Origin: Octopus sinensis
Taxonomy: Eukaryota
Direction of reading: 5' to 3'
NCBI RefSeq assembly: GCF_006345805.1
Contig: NC_043004.1
Location: 20,522,001-20,586,000, forward strand
Length of the DNA: 64,000 nucleotides
A program made the position numbers and the translations under genes. Shown here piece after piece: positions 25,395 to 39,325 of this stretch. Below the pieces are notes generated by a model. It searched no databases. It was given only the letters and a program-made list of their open reading frames with translations, and was not told the origin of the DNA. Within the stretch, counting starts at the first letter, position 1, and the number at the start of each line of letters is the position of its first letter.

Positions 25395-26466
25395 ATAAAT
25401 TAATAAATAAAATAAAACATATGCATATATACATACATATATGTACGTACCTACATCTACATGTATATATACATGCATATATGGGTACAGGACACCAAAA
25501 GAACGTCGAACACAATGAGAAACGAAAACCTAAACGCAAACCAAGGAAATTGACATTTTTCTTAAACAACGAAAAAGTAGAGTACAGGACATACAATACA
25601 AGGAAAATTCCCCTTCTTCAGTCGCCTTTGTTTCCTCTACTCCGCTTTTCGAAGGTCAAGGCGAGATACGTCTTTAATGAAACATTCCTTCCCGCGAAAA
25701 GCAAATTAAATAAATTTGAGATTTTTTTGCAGAGGGGTAAAAATGGTAACAAAAACAGGACAGTAAAGACAGTACAAAATATAAACAGTAAAGGATAGGA
25801 CAAGGAGAATAACAGTAATACAGATATTGAGAGCTGTTAAGCCAGAATGAAAAAAGAAAAAATATTATGAACGCTTTTGAGGATGGCAAGAGAGAGACAG
25901 GAAAGCCATCCACACTTGAAGGAAGCCAGGTCAGAGAGACAGTAGCAGAGCTCTCGTCGCGGGTCAACAACGGGAGGGAGGGGGAGGAGCAAGAGAAAGG
26001 GAGAGAAAAAAGGGAATGGTTGTAGAGAAAAACCAGAAAGAATGAAGAATGAGGAAGAGAGAGGGAGAGACATATTAATAAATATCAGGAAAATGGAGTT
26101 TTACACACCCAGGTTTTATTATACTGCTAACCACATCTTTCTTTGTTTGAACCAACACATGTTTCTGCTGCAAACTGGTGCACACTGCAAATTGTCCATC
26201 TTGGTGTTAATTTCCGGTACTACTTCATCAAGGTCAGATTTAACTGTATCTTTGATGTCATCCGAATAGAGTATAAGCTCAAACAAAATTATTCTTGTGT
26301 GTAGTATTAGTGCTGCTAAAAATAGTGCTATATCTTGAAATTTTAACCTGGCTAGTTGGGAATGAATGCAATACACTGTTGCATATATATGTATATATGT
26401 GTATATACATATACACACACACACACACACATGCATGTATGTATGTACGTATGTACGTATGTATGT

Positions 26467-26822
26467 CTTAAGGCTGTATCATGCGCGTGGACATAGAAAT
26501 AATTGGACTGAATACCCGATCGCACAGTTAAGCCATTGGGAGTGAAGGACTCCTAGCCTTTGTTAGGGCATCCTTCTAGGAGAAGGTAACTCAGGTAACT
26601 GGGATAACTCCGACATAAAACCTGCGGCTCAGCGGTTACCAATGATGTTGACTTGTTCTTCTTTTCGGATTATGGCTGCTGTTGCTTAGTGAGTGGGATT
26701 GACTCAGTGCACAGCCTTTCCTCACTTTAAAAGAAAAATAATTCTTGCACAGGCATTGCATGATAACAACATTGATTAAGCTTCATGCAATGGCCATACT
26801 CGATAACGAGGGGCCAGCCACC
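26467..26822 (+). mobile_element. Non-autonomous RTE-derived element in an (ATGT)n tract
   Basis: RTE 5'-UTR-like motif GGGCATCCTTCTAGGAGAAGGTAACTC; the last 43 nt match the 3' end of the RTE fragment at 32538-32580 at 41/43 positions. Confidence 0.75.
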
Positions 26823-26961
26823 ATGTATGTACCGTTCCATTTTCTGTTTTTCACATTCCCTTGTTTACTTTCTGCCTTCTGCATTTTTGATATGCCGCCT
26901 TCTCAGTTTTTACCCACATTTCTATTATCCAATTTTTTTAGCTCGTTATGATATGTGGTTT

Positions 26962-27014
26962 GAGCCTGAAGAATATGTTTGAGTTTTCTCAACGTATGAA
27001 ACTATTAGTAGCAC
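26962..27014 (+). ncRNA. Type I hammerhead ribozyme motif
   Basis: CTGAAGA 26966-26972; stem II ATATG(T)TTGAG-TTTT-CTCAACGTAT; GAAA 26998-27001; near-palindromic ACTATTAGT; GUA triplet; stem I GAGC/GCAC with one mismatch. Confidence 0.75.
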
Positions 27015-27058
27015 TTTGATACATGTATTGTACCATTTAAATAAATAATAAATGTATA

Positions 27059-27130
<72 letters not shown>

Positions 27131-27384
27131 TATAATAATTTAATTATATATATCTAATTAGCACACATCACACACACACACATGGTAAAAATTTCAATGA
27201 GAAGATGTATCAAAATGTTTTAAGACAAACAAATTACTGTAATGTAGATACTCAATATAGAAATGATGTAAATTGTGAATTTTAGACTTTTATTTAGAAT
27301 TCACTTGCCAATGAAATGGTAGATAATTATTATAGAAATGTATAATAATGGAATTATTATACATTAACTGTGTGGTAAGAAGGT

Positions 27385-27778
27385 ACAGGCATGACTGTGT
27401 GGTAAGAAATTTGCTTCCCAGCCACATGGTTCTGGGTTCAGTCCCACTACATGGTACCTTGGGGAAGTTTCTTCTACTACTATAGCTTCAGGCTGACCAA
27501 AGCCTTGTGAGTGGATTTGGTAGACAGAAGCTGAAAAGAAATCCACTGTGTGTGTGTGTGTGTGTGTGTTTATGTCTGTCTCAAACTATTGCTTGTCAAC
27601 TGGTGTTGGTGTGTTTATGTCCTCATACCTTAGTGGTTCAGCATTAGAGATGAATAAGATAAGTACCAGACTTTTAAAAAAAAGTACTGGGGTCGATTCA
27701 TTTGACAAAATATTCTTTGAGGTGGTGCCCCAGCATGGCCGCAGTCTAATGAGTGAAACAAGTAAAAGATAGAAAGAT
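27385..27778 (+). mobile_element. Family A SINE
   Basis: Full-length similarity to 10092-10509. Confidence 0.88.
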
Positions 27779-28384
27779 AATAACATACATACAATATTTT
27801 TTTTAATAAATTCATTTTTATATTAAGTTTTGGATTAGTAGCTCTGATAATGAAGCGTTGCTGATGTCACACACTTAGTGTACCATATGCATTTCATTTA
27901 TACACTTATTATCCATAGAATTTCATCCAGAAAAATTCTCTTGAGACATTGAGTGCTAAAAGGTCAGTGCAAACCTTAAACCAGGTAAAACAAATTGCTA
28001 TTTTACTGTTATTTCCAATTAACTGAAGTAACAGAGAAATATTGATATCCACAGTTTTCATTCAGCTAAGGGGTAATTCGTTTTGCCTGGTTCAAGGTAT
28101 TCAGTATTTTTTAACACTTGACATTTTAAAAGAATTTTCTATGCATGAAGTTCTGCAGTTAATAAGCATATAAACAAAATGCATACATTAAGTATGTGAC
28201 ATGAGAAACAGTTTCTAGCTTCTGGCATAGGCAAAGTTTATTATAGATAACACAGGAGATGATAATCAATCAATGAAGTTTGTTAATCAATGTGTAATTA
28301 ATTATGATGAGATTAATACATTTTGTCCCATATCATAATTAGGCACATATTTCATTAAGATGAATGCTATTACGGATCACGAGT

Positions 28385-28576
28385 ACATTGGTTTCAAATT
28401 TTGGCACAAGGCCAGCAATTCTAGGGGAGATCTAAATTGATTACATTATACCCGGTGCTTAACTGGTAATTATTTTATATTGACCCTGAAAGGATGAAAG
28501 ACAAAGTTGACCTCAGTGGTATTTGAACTCAGAACATGAAGAAGGATGAAATACCACTAAGCATTTTGCCCAGCAC
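28385..28576 (-). mobile_element. Family C SINE (MetaSINE-like)
   Basis: GACCCTGAAAGGATGAAAGACAAAGTTGACCTC...TTTGAACTCAGAA. Confidence 0.8.
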
Positions 28577-30619
28577 ATTTAGCAATAAAAGTTGCTTACT
28601 ATCCAATAACTATGTCTGTGAATGAAATGAATTAAATAGATTGTTATGTACTAAATATGTTTGCTAAGTAGCTCCAAATGCACATTATAACTTTAAGGTG
28701 TTATTCAGTAGTCTTTCTATCAGATACTTTCCACCTGTATCTTAGAAATTCTTTGCCATAATATATACAAGATAGGATTCCACAGAGTTTCTGCATGCCA
28801 GATATACTCATAAGGCATTGATTAGTCAGAGGCTGTAGTAGAATACACTTACTCAAGGTGCTGCACGACGGGACTGGCCCTCAAACCACATGGTTCTAAA
28901 GCTTGTTAACCAAAACAGCCACATCAGTCGTGTGTGGGGGGTAACAGGGTGGATAAGTAATAAAAAAGTAAAATTAAAAATTTACCATTACGGTATACAC
29001 CAATAGGTTTAGGCAAAGAAGGAGAGTGCCATAACATTTTGAAGTAATCAAAATAGTTCTTAAAATTATGTTAGTAGTACTAATTAATAGTTTATCATAA
29101 TAAACTGCCCATCAATTAATTACAATTAATTATTTACTTACTTATATATATGGATATGGTGATATCTATACCATTATCACTATTGCAAGTGTCAGATGAG
29201 AGGCAGATTTTCTGCTGCAAAGTGCACTTCATCTGGCCAACCATCGCCTGTTTCTATGTGAATATATTCTGACAGCCAGAACTTGTAAATAAATGCCATC
29301 ATTTTGTATAACCAGTGGCTTTTGTTTATCATCAGTGCACACTTGACAATATGAGGAGAATACATACTCACACACAAACACCCATGATAAGCTTCTTCCA
29401 GATTCAGTCTACCAAATTTCACTAACAAGGTATAAGTCAACCTGCAGCTAGAGAAGATACTAGTTGACAATGTACACACACCAGCAATGAGCCGATGGTC
29501 ATGTCCTTGTGATGTGAACTTCTTAACGACAAAATTTATCTATATATGAGCCTCCCTGTGCACAGAATGCAAGTATGTGTTTAGGTGCAGATTTATATAC
29601 AAAATATATGCTATGCATTGTAATGTGTCAAACAATGAAATGTATATATGTTAGACAATAGAAACTATATTTTATTCAGACGTTAACTTTAAAAAAAATG
29701 AGCAAATTAGAAAACAAAATTAATTTGACTAATGGATAGATATTGATTAAATTAAAAATTAAAATAAAAGAGAATAATTAATAAACACATAAAAAAATTC
29801 ATTGAGATGGAACTTCAACATGTTTGAATTTGACACAGCAAATATCAGATCATAGGACAGCAGAATATTTAATTAAAATGAATTCTATTCACATACACAC
29901 TCTTACATATATTAATTAATGAAACAAATCTGTAATTATGCAAAAAAGTGAATATTATGTAAAACGAGTGTTAAGTGCTAGTATAATGTATGATCAATAA
30001 TAATAATAACAATAATACAGAAAAGTTCTCATTATATTTCTGGAGGTAACAGAATCCAATATGCTTAATGAGTTCTATGGAGTGAAAAATAATATTAAAA
30101 TGTACTTTGATGTATTAGGAATGAGTTTTTTCAAGTACAAATGAAAAGCTTTAGAAATAAGGTTTTGTGTATCAACCTCAGTATAGTATCCCTTAATAAG
30201 ATATTTCATCCAAATGTTGTACATATTCACATCACTCCATCAATCATGTTATGCTAAATTTTATCATATTTCATTTTTGATACAAGCAACTGGGTATTTT
30301 CAAGTAAATGCAGTTACTTTTAAATTTTTCTCTTGAAGACAAATCTGATAAAATTCCAAAAATATTTGATCTTTGGTTTTAAATAAAGAATCTATAACCG
30401 TTGTTTGCAATAGTTTTCTTTAGAGCAAAATCCATACCAGAAACACACATGCAAACATACACATATAATAACATATATACATATATGTGTATATGTGTGT
30501 AGATACTTTTACATATTGATATGTACAAGAACTCGTATGCAAATATATATATATGTAGGAATAATAATTCCTCAGAGGAACCACATTAGATAATTGGGTA
30601 GGTTCCGACTCTTTTCTCC

Positions 30620-30798
30620 GTATCTTTTATCATTTACTTGTTTCAGTCATTTGACTGTGGCAATGCTGGAGCAGTACTTATTGCTTATAAGTATGGTACT
30701 TTTTCTTTTGGTGAACTGCTAATTTATGGGGACATAAACATACCAACACTGGTGTCAGGTGGTGGCAGGGGACAAATACAAACACAGGCACACATAAG

Positions 30799-30829
<31 letters not shown>

Positions 30830-30970
30830 ATGTGCTTCTTTTAGTTTCTGGCTTTGGTCAGCCTGGAGGCTATAGTAGAAGACACTTCTTCAATATGCTG
30901 TGCAGTAGAACTGAACCTGGGACCATGTGGTTAGGAAGCAAGCTTCTTAGCACTCATCTACACCTGCACC
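30620..30970 (-). mobile_element. Family A SINE with internal deletions
   Basis: TTTACTTGTTTCAGTCATTTGACTG tail and GAACCTGGGACCATGTGG head. Confidence 0.8.
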
Positions 30971-31426
30971 TATACATCAATTTCAATCTATTACTAAAAA
31001 TAGCTGAAAAATAACCACCACATCGCATTTGACATAAATCAAGATGGCTAACGAGTTTAATTATATGTTTGCTCAATCAATAAGAACATGGGACTAATCA
31101 AGAACAAGAAAATCTAAATCGCTCAATACTCCTTCATATACTGCAGTTGATCAAAAATACCGACTCATTGCTACATAACAACACCCTTGACATCCAGTTG
31201 GACAAAGTTGTCTTCCTAATTATGTCTAGGACTTCATGGTTCATAGTTTTGTAAGAAAAATTATATGGACCCAGACATAGTGAAATGGCAAAAAAGCTCT
31301 CTTCAGAATATTATGATTCTGGGTTTGATTGTACTGTGCAGAATATTGACCAAGTGTTGTCTACTGTAGCATAGTGCTGGCCAATATGCTGTGAGTAGAA
31401 TACGGTAGACAGAAACTCTACAGAAG

Positions 31427-31479
<53 letters not shown>

Positions 31480-32166
31480 GTGTGTGTGTGTGCATGTTTG
31501 CATGCATGCATGTGTCTGAGTGTGTGTGCATGTCATCTCCAGCCATGTTTGGATTTATGATTAAAACTTAAGTGTCAAGTTATTTCACTTTAATCTCAAA
31601 ACCTTAACTTAACAGTTTGACAAATAGAAATCTTTAAAATAAGCACCAGACTGGAATAAGTACTGGGCCTGATACACAGGCAGTGATGCATGTGTAACAA
31701 CCAACCAATGACTGAAGACAATAAAAAAATTACTCCCTCACCTCATTTCTCTCCAACATCTGCATATCTTATACATTCAATATCCATGTCTTGCTAAAAC
31801 ACAATACTGCATTTGGTACACAATCATCATACAATCTGCTATTTATTCAGAGAGAAAATCCCTTTGTTACCACAGATGTATCTCTCTGAACATATCCCAC
31901 CTTGTCCTTACTGAAGATTCTATACTTTAACAGTACGTACCTATATAATTAGTTTATTCCCCTAGGGAACAGAAGTTAATTATTTCTTTTATCAGTCTCT
32001 TGCTCAATATTGATTTGTCTTCATATTTTGGTTGCTCTTCCTGATAGTTACACCTGTACATCTCAGATAAAATATTTTTCTTTATCAGGCTAACTTAGAT
32101 TCCACTGCATGTTTCTTAATTGTTAGTGATGAGAACACAGCCTCCAAACAGTTTTGCTTAATTATA

Positions 32167-32231
<65 letters not shown>

Positions 32232-32342
32232 TATATATATATATATATATATATAAATATACTTATATATACATGCATGTATGTATGCATGTATGTATGT
32301 ATGCATGTATGTATGTATGTATGTATGTATGTATGTATGTAT

Positions 32343-32585
32343 AATCATATCTGTCGGGCATGTGGAAGAGAGTGTAATTCGGCAGGAGGACTTAAACGAC
32401 ATGCAAACGTACATGAAGCCCAGTTGCAACTATAGCCAGCTATTACCGGTAAAGGTTTTAGTTGCCAATTCTGTACAAGACATTGTAGATCTTTAGCTGG
32501 GCTAAAAAGTCACATTTGATCACAGCACCAATAACAGTTAAGCTTCGTGCAATGGCCATACTCGATAACGAGGGGGCAGCTATAA
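32343..32585 (+). mobile_element. 5'-truncated RTE LINE end encoding two C2H2-like zinc fingers
   Basis: [23 protein letters not shown] and FSCQFCTRHCRSLAGLKSHI, separated by a stop; 3' hairpin CTCG-ATAA-CGAG; (ATGT)n tail. Confidence 0.8.
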
Positions 32586-32639
32586 TGTATGTATGTATAT
32601 ATGTGTGTATGTATGTATGTATATTTGTATGTATTTTCA

Positions 32640-32863
32640 TTTACTTTTACTTGTTTCAGTTATTTGACTGCTGCCATGCCTTAAGGGCTTTTAGTCGAAC
32701 AAGTCAACCTCAGGACTTTTCTTTGTAATCCTAGTACTTATTCTATTGGTCTATTTTGCTGAACTGCTAAGTTATGTGAATGTAAACACACCAATATCAG
32801 TTGTCAAGCGATGGGTAGGGGGACACAGACACAAACACAAATACATACATACATACATACATA

Positions 32864-32930
<67 letters not shown>

Positions 32931-33562
32931 ATATATATGTATATATGTGTATATATATGTATATATATATGTATACATACATATATATATCTTGAAGCAT
33001 GACCTTTGAACATTAGGTCTCACCGAGGCAATAACTAGTGACCGAGACCTTTGGAAGTATGCTGTGCATGAGAAGGCCCAGCAGGACAAGTGAGACCATA
33101 ACCCGTGGCCTCTACTTAGGATGTAGCCAGTCCACTTATGCATACCTTTCCTTCTTGGGACACAAAACTCTACTTGCGAAGACCTGTTTGGGGCAAGTGA
33201 AATCGAAATCGATCAAAATCAATGGAAATTGTAGTTGTGATACCAGTGCCAGTGGCATGTAAGAGAACCATCCAAATGTGGCTGTTGCCAGCGCCGCCCA
33301 GGCTGGCCTCTGTGCCGGTGGCACGTAAAAAGCACCAACCGATCATGGCCATTGTCAGTCTCGCCTGGCACCTGTGCCAGTGGCACGTAAAAAGCACCCA
33401 CTACACTCAGAGTGGTTGGTGTTAGGAAGGGCATCCAGCTGTAGAAACGCTGTCAGATCTGACTGGGCCTGGTGCAGCCTCCTGGCTTCCCAGACCCCAG
33501 TTGAACCGTCCAACCCATGCTAGCATTGAAAGCGGACGTTAAACGATGATGATGATGATGAT

Positions 33563-33607
<45 letters not shown>

Positions 33608-33705
33608 GATATATAGATATGATGGGCTTCTTTCAGTTTCTACCCACCAAATCCACTCACAATGCTTTGGCTGGCATGAGGTTATAGTAGAAAATACTTG
33701 CCTTA
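32640..33705 (-). mobile_element. Family A SINE split by an RTE insertion in its microsatellite
   Basis: 3' half at 32640-32870 and 5' part at 33620-33705. Confidence 0.75.
32991..33560 (+). mobile_element. 5'-truncated RTE LINE (ORF C-terminus plus full 3' UTR; parent of family D)
   Basis: [27 protein letters not shown] resembles RTE C-termini; tail GGACGTTAAACGATGATGATGATG. Confidence 0.88.
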
Positions 33706-34769
33706 TGTAGAAATAGAATATTAAACCATTTTTATAAAAATGTTTCGAAATTTATTAATTGCAATTATAACTGAAACGAGGAAATTAAGCCACATAATGT
33801 ATTAAGGTTTCCAAAAACTTATTTATGTAGACTAACCTTAATTATTCATACTTATCTGAAGTTTTATAACATTGTCAAGAATAAAAAAAATTAATCAAAC
33901 AAGTTAAAAACCAAAATAAAATAAGATTAAAATCAATTTAAAATAACAAAATGAAAATTAATTATAAGTAAAACCACTTAGAAAACATATTTACATTTCA
34001 ATTTGATTTTGTTTTCCTCATTTAATATTTGGTTTTAAGTTTAAGTTTAAATACCAAATTAACTGTTTCAGTATTTTATATAATATTTTACAATATTTTC
34101 ATAATCTAGTGAATTAATTGATTTCTTATCTTATTTACACATGTATATCAAAACAAGAATGCCATAGCATAGTTGAGTACATGTTTACAGCCAGCCTATT
34201 ACTAATTCCCTATATATTAAATAGAAGTTTGATTGAGACAGTGGCTAGTTTTATGATATAAAATAGTTGTTTTGAAATGTATGTATTTCTGTTCTAAACA
34301 TTTTGTATTATCCCTATTTGTAAAGAATCCACTTTCAGTTAGTTAGTTCAGACAGACAGATAGATAGATAGATGGGTGGCTAGATATGTGTGTATGTATA
34401 TATATACACACATACAGAGAGAGAGAGAGAGCGTGTGTGTATGTGTGTAAATGATAAGATTTGTGTGTATGTGTTGACAGTAATATGGAGTATTATAGAG
34501 AGATAATATGAATGTTACACCAATGTGTTCCACCTGGTGTCCCTTTATCAGCTGTTGGAGTGCCATGGATGGGCAAGTGTTCGATGTATCATGCTCACTC
34601 ATTGCATGATGACAGATTAGAGAAAATTGATCATGGAAGGATGAAAGGCAAAGTTGGCTTCATCGGGATTTGAACTCTGAATCTAATGAGAAAAAATAGC
34701 ACAAAGTATTTTGTCTGGCATTTTAATGGCTCTACCAATCCATCATGCTAAATTAAAACCTTTAATGTT

Positions 34770-35140
34770 TTACTCATTTCACTCACTGGGCTGTGGCCAT
34801 GCTAAGGCGCTTTCTTGAAGAACCTCAGTCAAATGAATAGATCCCATACATTTTGTTTTGAAGTGCAACACTTATTTTATTGGTCTCTCTTATTGAACAT
34901 CTAAATTACAGGGATGTAAACAAACCAACACTAGTTGTCAAGTGATGTCGAGACAAGCACAAACAAAAGACACACACACACACATATGAATATATATGAC
35001 AGGTTTCTTTCAGTTTCCATCTACCAGATCCACTCACAAGGTTCTGGTTGGCCTGGTGCTATAGCAGGAGATGCTGGCCCAAAGTACCTGCAGTGGGACT
35101 GAACCTGAAAGCATGGGATTAGAAAACAAGCTTCTCACAC
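34770..35140 (-). mobile_element. Degraded family A SINE
   Basis: TTTCAGTTTCCATCTACCAGATCCACTCACAAG...GTGGGACTGAACC. Confidence 0.8.
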
Positions 35141-35659
35141 TCTAAATTAAGAGCCATCTTGATATAGTTCCTTTACCAGGAATCCTGTCTTCATCAGAAG
35201 CAGAGGCCTTACTTTGTTAAAATTGGATTAAAGACATTAGTAGCTACATATTTTGCTATATTCTATATTCACACACACGTGCCAGCATGTGTGCAGGCAC
35301 ACACACACACACACACACATATATACATACACACAAGCACACACAAATAATATATCTTTACATTTTGCATTGTAACCCACATATATATTCATACATATAT
35401 GCATACACAACATACACATATACACACACAAGCAAATATAGACACACACACACACATGCACACACATACACATACTTGAACACACACGCACGCACACACA
35501 CACACACACACACACACATTAATGCAGACATCACGGATAATGATAAATCCTGTTCTCCAAGCAGTTTTCTTTAAGTTTATGTAATATATATATTCATTAT
35601 CTGGTCTTTTTGTATATAAACGACTGTATAGCCCAATAGGTCTTTTTAAACTTGAGATA

Positions 35660-35910
35660 AGTAAGGCATGATTTGAAGGAAATTTGGTTGCTATTTCTAG
35701 CAGATCAAGGCCTTCCCTTGTTGGCTTGATGTAAACTTTGTTTTTGTTAACCCCAGACCAAGCTGCCTTGATAAAACAGAACTATAATGAAAGGTATTCC
35801 AGTCACGACCATCTCAATTTATTGTCTAATATATATCCTTTATTTTAGAGGGGAAGGGATGATTTGAGGAAGATATTACTGCTATTTTCAGCAGGTAGAG
35901 AGACCATGGA
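35660..35910 (+). repeat. Old unclassified interspersed repeat (family E)
   Basis: TTAACCCCAG...CAGAACTATAATGAAAGGTATTCCAG...GATTTGAGGAAGAT..GCTGCTATTT motifs recur at ~36690, ~45290-45460(-), ~48700-48830(-) and ~54530-54710. Confidence 0.55.
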
Positions 35911-37029
35911 AAAGTGCTCCCTTGAACTCCTAGACTAGCAGGTATACACTGATGTCAACTTATTTGTTTGACAGTGATATCCCCTTCCTACCTCTTTCTT
36001 GTTCTCTTTCTTCTTTTTCCCTTACACCATTTCATTCCTTCATGTAGGTGGTTGGTGAAAGAGGTAGTGAACTGGGATTACTTGGTGAAGGTATGATTAG
36101 TTATGAGAGTAAAGAGTGGTAGAGTTTCGGTTACATATATAGATATACTTACATTAGCATCATTATATGAAGGATGTATGTTAGACAGAACTAATGAGAT
36201 TTATGAAACAAAGATTATTGAAACTGGATCCATTTATTTCCTAAAAAAACAATTTTAGGAAATTCAGAATAATAATCACATTTTGACCTATGATCCTCAT
36301 TAAGGCAATAAGGTTTGATTAATTAAAGACCTAATTAACTGTATTTAGTAAAACAGTATAAGTGCTGTGAATATGTGAATCATTGGGAAAGTGTGCATTT
36401 GGTGTTTCTGCTTGCATGTGTTGTCTGTGCATTTGTGTATATCTCTGTATATCTGTAGGTGTGTCCGTACATTTGTCTGAATGTGCATGCCTACATTTGC
36501 ATGTGTGTGTGTCCTTGTTCATCACTATGCATGTATTTGTATGCATCTGAAGAGAGAGAGAGAGAGATCAAGGGTGAAAGACAACAAAGAAAAAACATGT
36601 CTTTTGATAGAAGGAAATCAATAATAATTTTCATTAATTTGAAAACAATATTTTCGAAAATATAAAATTTCTGTTGATAGCTGTTGCAAATCACCAGGTC
36701 AACCCTGACAGAGCAGTCCTATGATCAAAGATATGCCAACCATGACCTCTTCGTCTTTTTCTATATTTAAAACTATTGAATGTGAAGTGTGTGTGTGTGG
36801 GTGGGGGGGGGCTGTTTCTGACAAAAGCAAGAGACAATGAAAAGGATGCAGCACTGGCTTGATGTCATTGCTGATGCTGTTATATTTGATGCTGTTTTTT
36901 TCATTCTGATTAATAATCTAGTATTCCATTTGTGACGTTCCCATTATTGAAGTTATAAGAATTTATAAACCTTGAAAAGACATGAAATAATTCTTTTTTT
37001 TTTTGGAGCATTGTTTATCGAAGTAGATA

Positions 37030-37250
37030 TATTTCTTTATTGCCCACAGGGGGCTAAACATAGAGGGGACAGACAAAGGGATTGATTAAGTCAATCACAT
37101 CAACCCCAGTGTGTAACTGGTACTTAATTTATCGACCCCGAAAGGATGAAAGGCAAAGTCAACCTCAGCGGAATTTAAACTCAGAATGTAATGGCAGACG
37201 AAATGCGGCTACGCATTTCGCCCGGCGTGCTAACATTTCTGCCAGCTCGC
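37030..37250 (-). mobile_element. Young family C SINE (MetaSINE-like core) with TSD
   Basis: Minus strand GCGAGCTGGCAGAAATGTTAGC head and GCCTTTCATCCTTTCGGGGTCGATAAATTAAGTACC core; flanked by direct repeat CGAAGTAGATA (37019-37029, 37251-37261). Confidence 0.92.
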
Positions 37251-37805
37251 CGAAGTAGATAAGCTATAAATAATAGTGTATAAATATTGGGTTAAAAACT
37301 TTTTGAATTGAAAAAGTTGAAGGCTGCACAAAGGACTCAAACCAACATCACTTACAAACATGAATTCGATTATATTTTTGTTTTGATTGAACATATGATT
37401 TTTGGATAACATTATCCACTATGTCCTTCCTTAAAGCATAATGTGTGAGATGAAGATTTAGCCGCTATTTCTTGTAGAAATTTTTACATGATGGAGAAAT
37501 GGAGAAGATATTGATAATGTTCAAGAAAGAACAGGCTTTACATCTTCAGTCTGAGTGAAGCCATCACAATCAAGTCCATGCTAGAGCATTGATTTAAACT
37601 TATGTTTATTACTAAATTTTAAATACTTAATTGTTTCCAAAGGGTTGAACAATGCTAGAAAAGTCACATTAGCATTAAATTATGTTACATTGAATAATTT
37701 CTGAGCCATAGAACTGTTATTGCTGTCAGAGTTTATTATCAGTGAGACAATTCTAAGTTGATAGACTATATATTGTAGAAATCACTCTTTGTAAATCACC
37801 ACTTG

Positions 37806-38880
37806 TACAAGGGTCAGCTGAAAAGTTCAGAGGTTGACCAAGATACTTTCATGAAATGTGACTAAATGAAGCTTATTTTTCAACATAGTCCCCATTGTGG
37901 CACACACACTTCTTCCATCTATGTTGTGCTTGGATCCCATTGATGGAGAAGCTTTTATCATAGTAGTCAAAAATATTATCAACAGAAAGTATGACATCAT
38001 CATCATCACTGGGACACTGGTTCCCAGCCAAATGCTTTTTCATGTTGGGGAATAGATGATAGTCAAAAGGGGGGAAATTAGGAAAATAAAGAAGGTGATC
38101 AACAAGTTCAAAGCCACAGTCATGCACAACAGCCATTTATATCAAGGCCTTGTATGCAGGAGCTCTTACCTGTTCAAACAAGATATTTTTTGTTAGTTTC
38201 CTGGGTGTCTGGCCTTGATATCCTTTCATAAGTGCCTCAGCAATTTGGCATAGTACTCTCCATTGGAGGTGTAGCCCTTTTGAAGATAGTAATGACAATA
38301 CCTTTTGCATTCCTAAAATCTGTGGCCATCACCTTCCCTGTAGATGAAATGACATTGGCCTTCTTTGGAGATGGTGAGAATGGGTATTTCCTCAGCATTG
38401 ATTGTCTCTTAGTCACTGGTTCAAAGAGATGAAGCCAGCACTCATTCTCAGTTAGGAAATGTTCATGGAAACTGGCTGGATCTGCCTCAAACAATATCAG
38501 ATTTTTCCCATGTTGTGATCAGCATGGTGATCTCTTGATCAGCTGCCATATGTGGTCATGCCAAGCAGAAAGCTTCATCATGCCATATTCATTAAGTAGA
38601 ATATTCACCACTTTCTTACTGGATATGCTAATAGCATTGGCTATTCGATTTACTGCCAATCACCTGCCACCCATCACCATTTGGTGAACACAATCGATGT
38701 TTTCCTTGGTGGTGGTAGGTGCAGGATGCCCAGACGATGGGTCATCTTCAAGACACTCCCATCCCCTCCTAAATTCAGCTGCACTTTTTGGCACTCTTAA
38801 TAAAGGTAGAGCATCATCCCCTAATGTAGCAAACATGTCATTATGAATGTCCTTGCTACCAGGTCACAGTTTGAACAGGT
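37806..38880 (-). mobile_element. Decayed mariner transposon
   Basis: Minus strand FLTENECWLHLFEPVTKRQSM..SPSPKKA and HLLYFPNFPPFDYHLFPNMKKHLAG; terminus TACAAGGGTCAGCTGAAAAGTTC. Confidence 0.9.
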
Positions 38881-39271
38881 CTCTTATAATGCTAAACAAA
38901 ATATAGCAGTTTGTTGACATATTTATTGATGTGATATCAGTTAAGGGATGCCTGTAGCGTTTAGCAATCTACTTTGAAACACTGGCTGTAGGTTTCATCC
39001 TTCTGAGAAGTATCTCGCGCTCATGCATTTCTATCATAGCCTCATGTAGATCAATATCTTAAGAGAGTAATTTTGGAGTCAAAAGCTATGTAGGAAACCA
39101 TCATATATCATAATACATGATATGTTTAGTTACATAGCCTTTTTTTATTTATTTTGCTTTCTTTGACCTTCTGGAATGAAAAATTAGTGATTGTAGTAAA
39201 AGAGGTGAGACAGATAGAAAGTATTATAAAGGGAGTGAATGGTATATATATGTGTGTGTATGTGTGTGTAT

Positions 39272-39321
<50 letters not shown>

Positions 39322-39325
<4 letters not shown>

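Noticed and set aside
25611-25656. GAAA...CTGAAGA on the minus strand as a permuted hammerhead
   Set aside because: Stems I and III cannot be paired.
33244-33400. CRISPR-like repeat-spacer pattern
   Set aside because: Eukaryotic LINE 3' UTR subrepeats: only three degenerate units and no cas genes.
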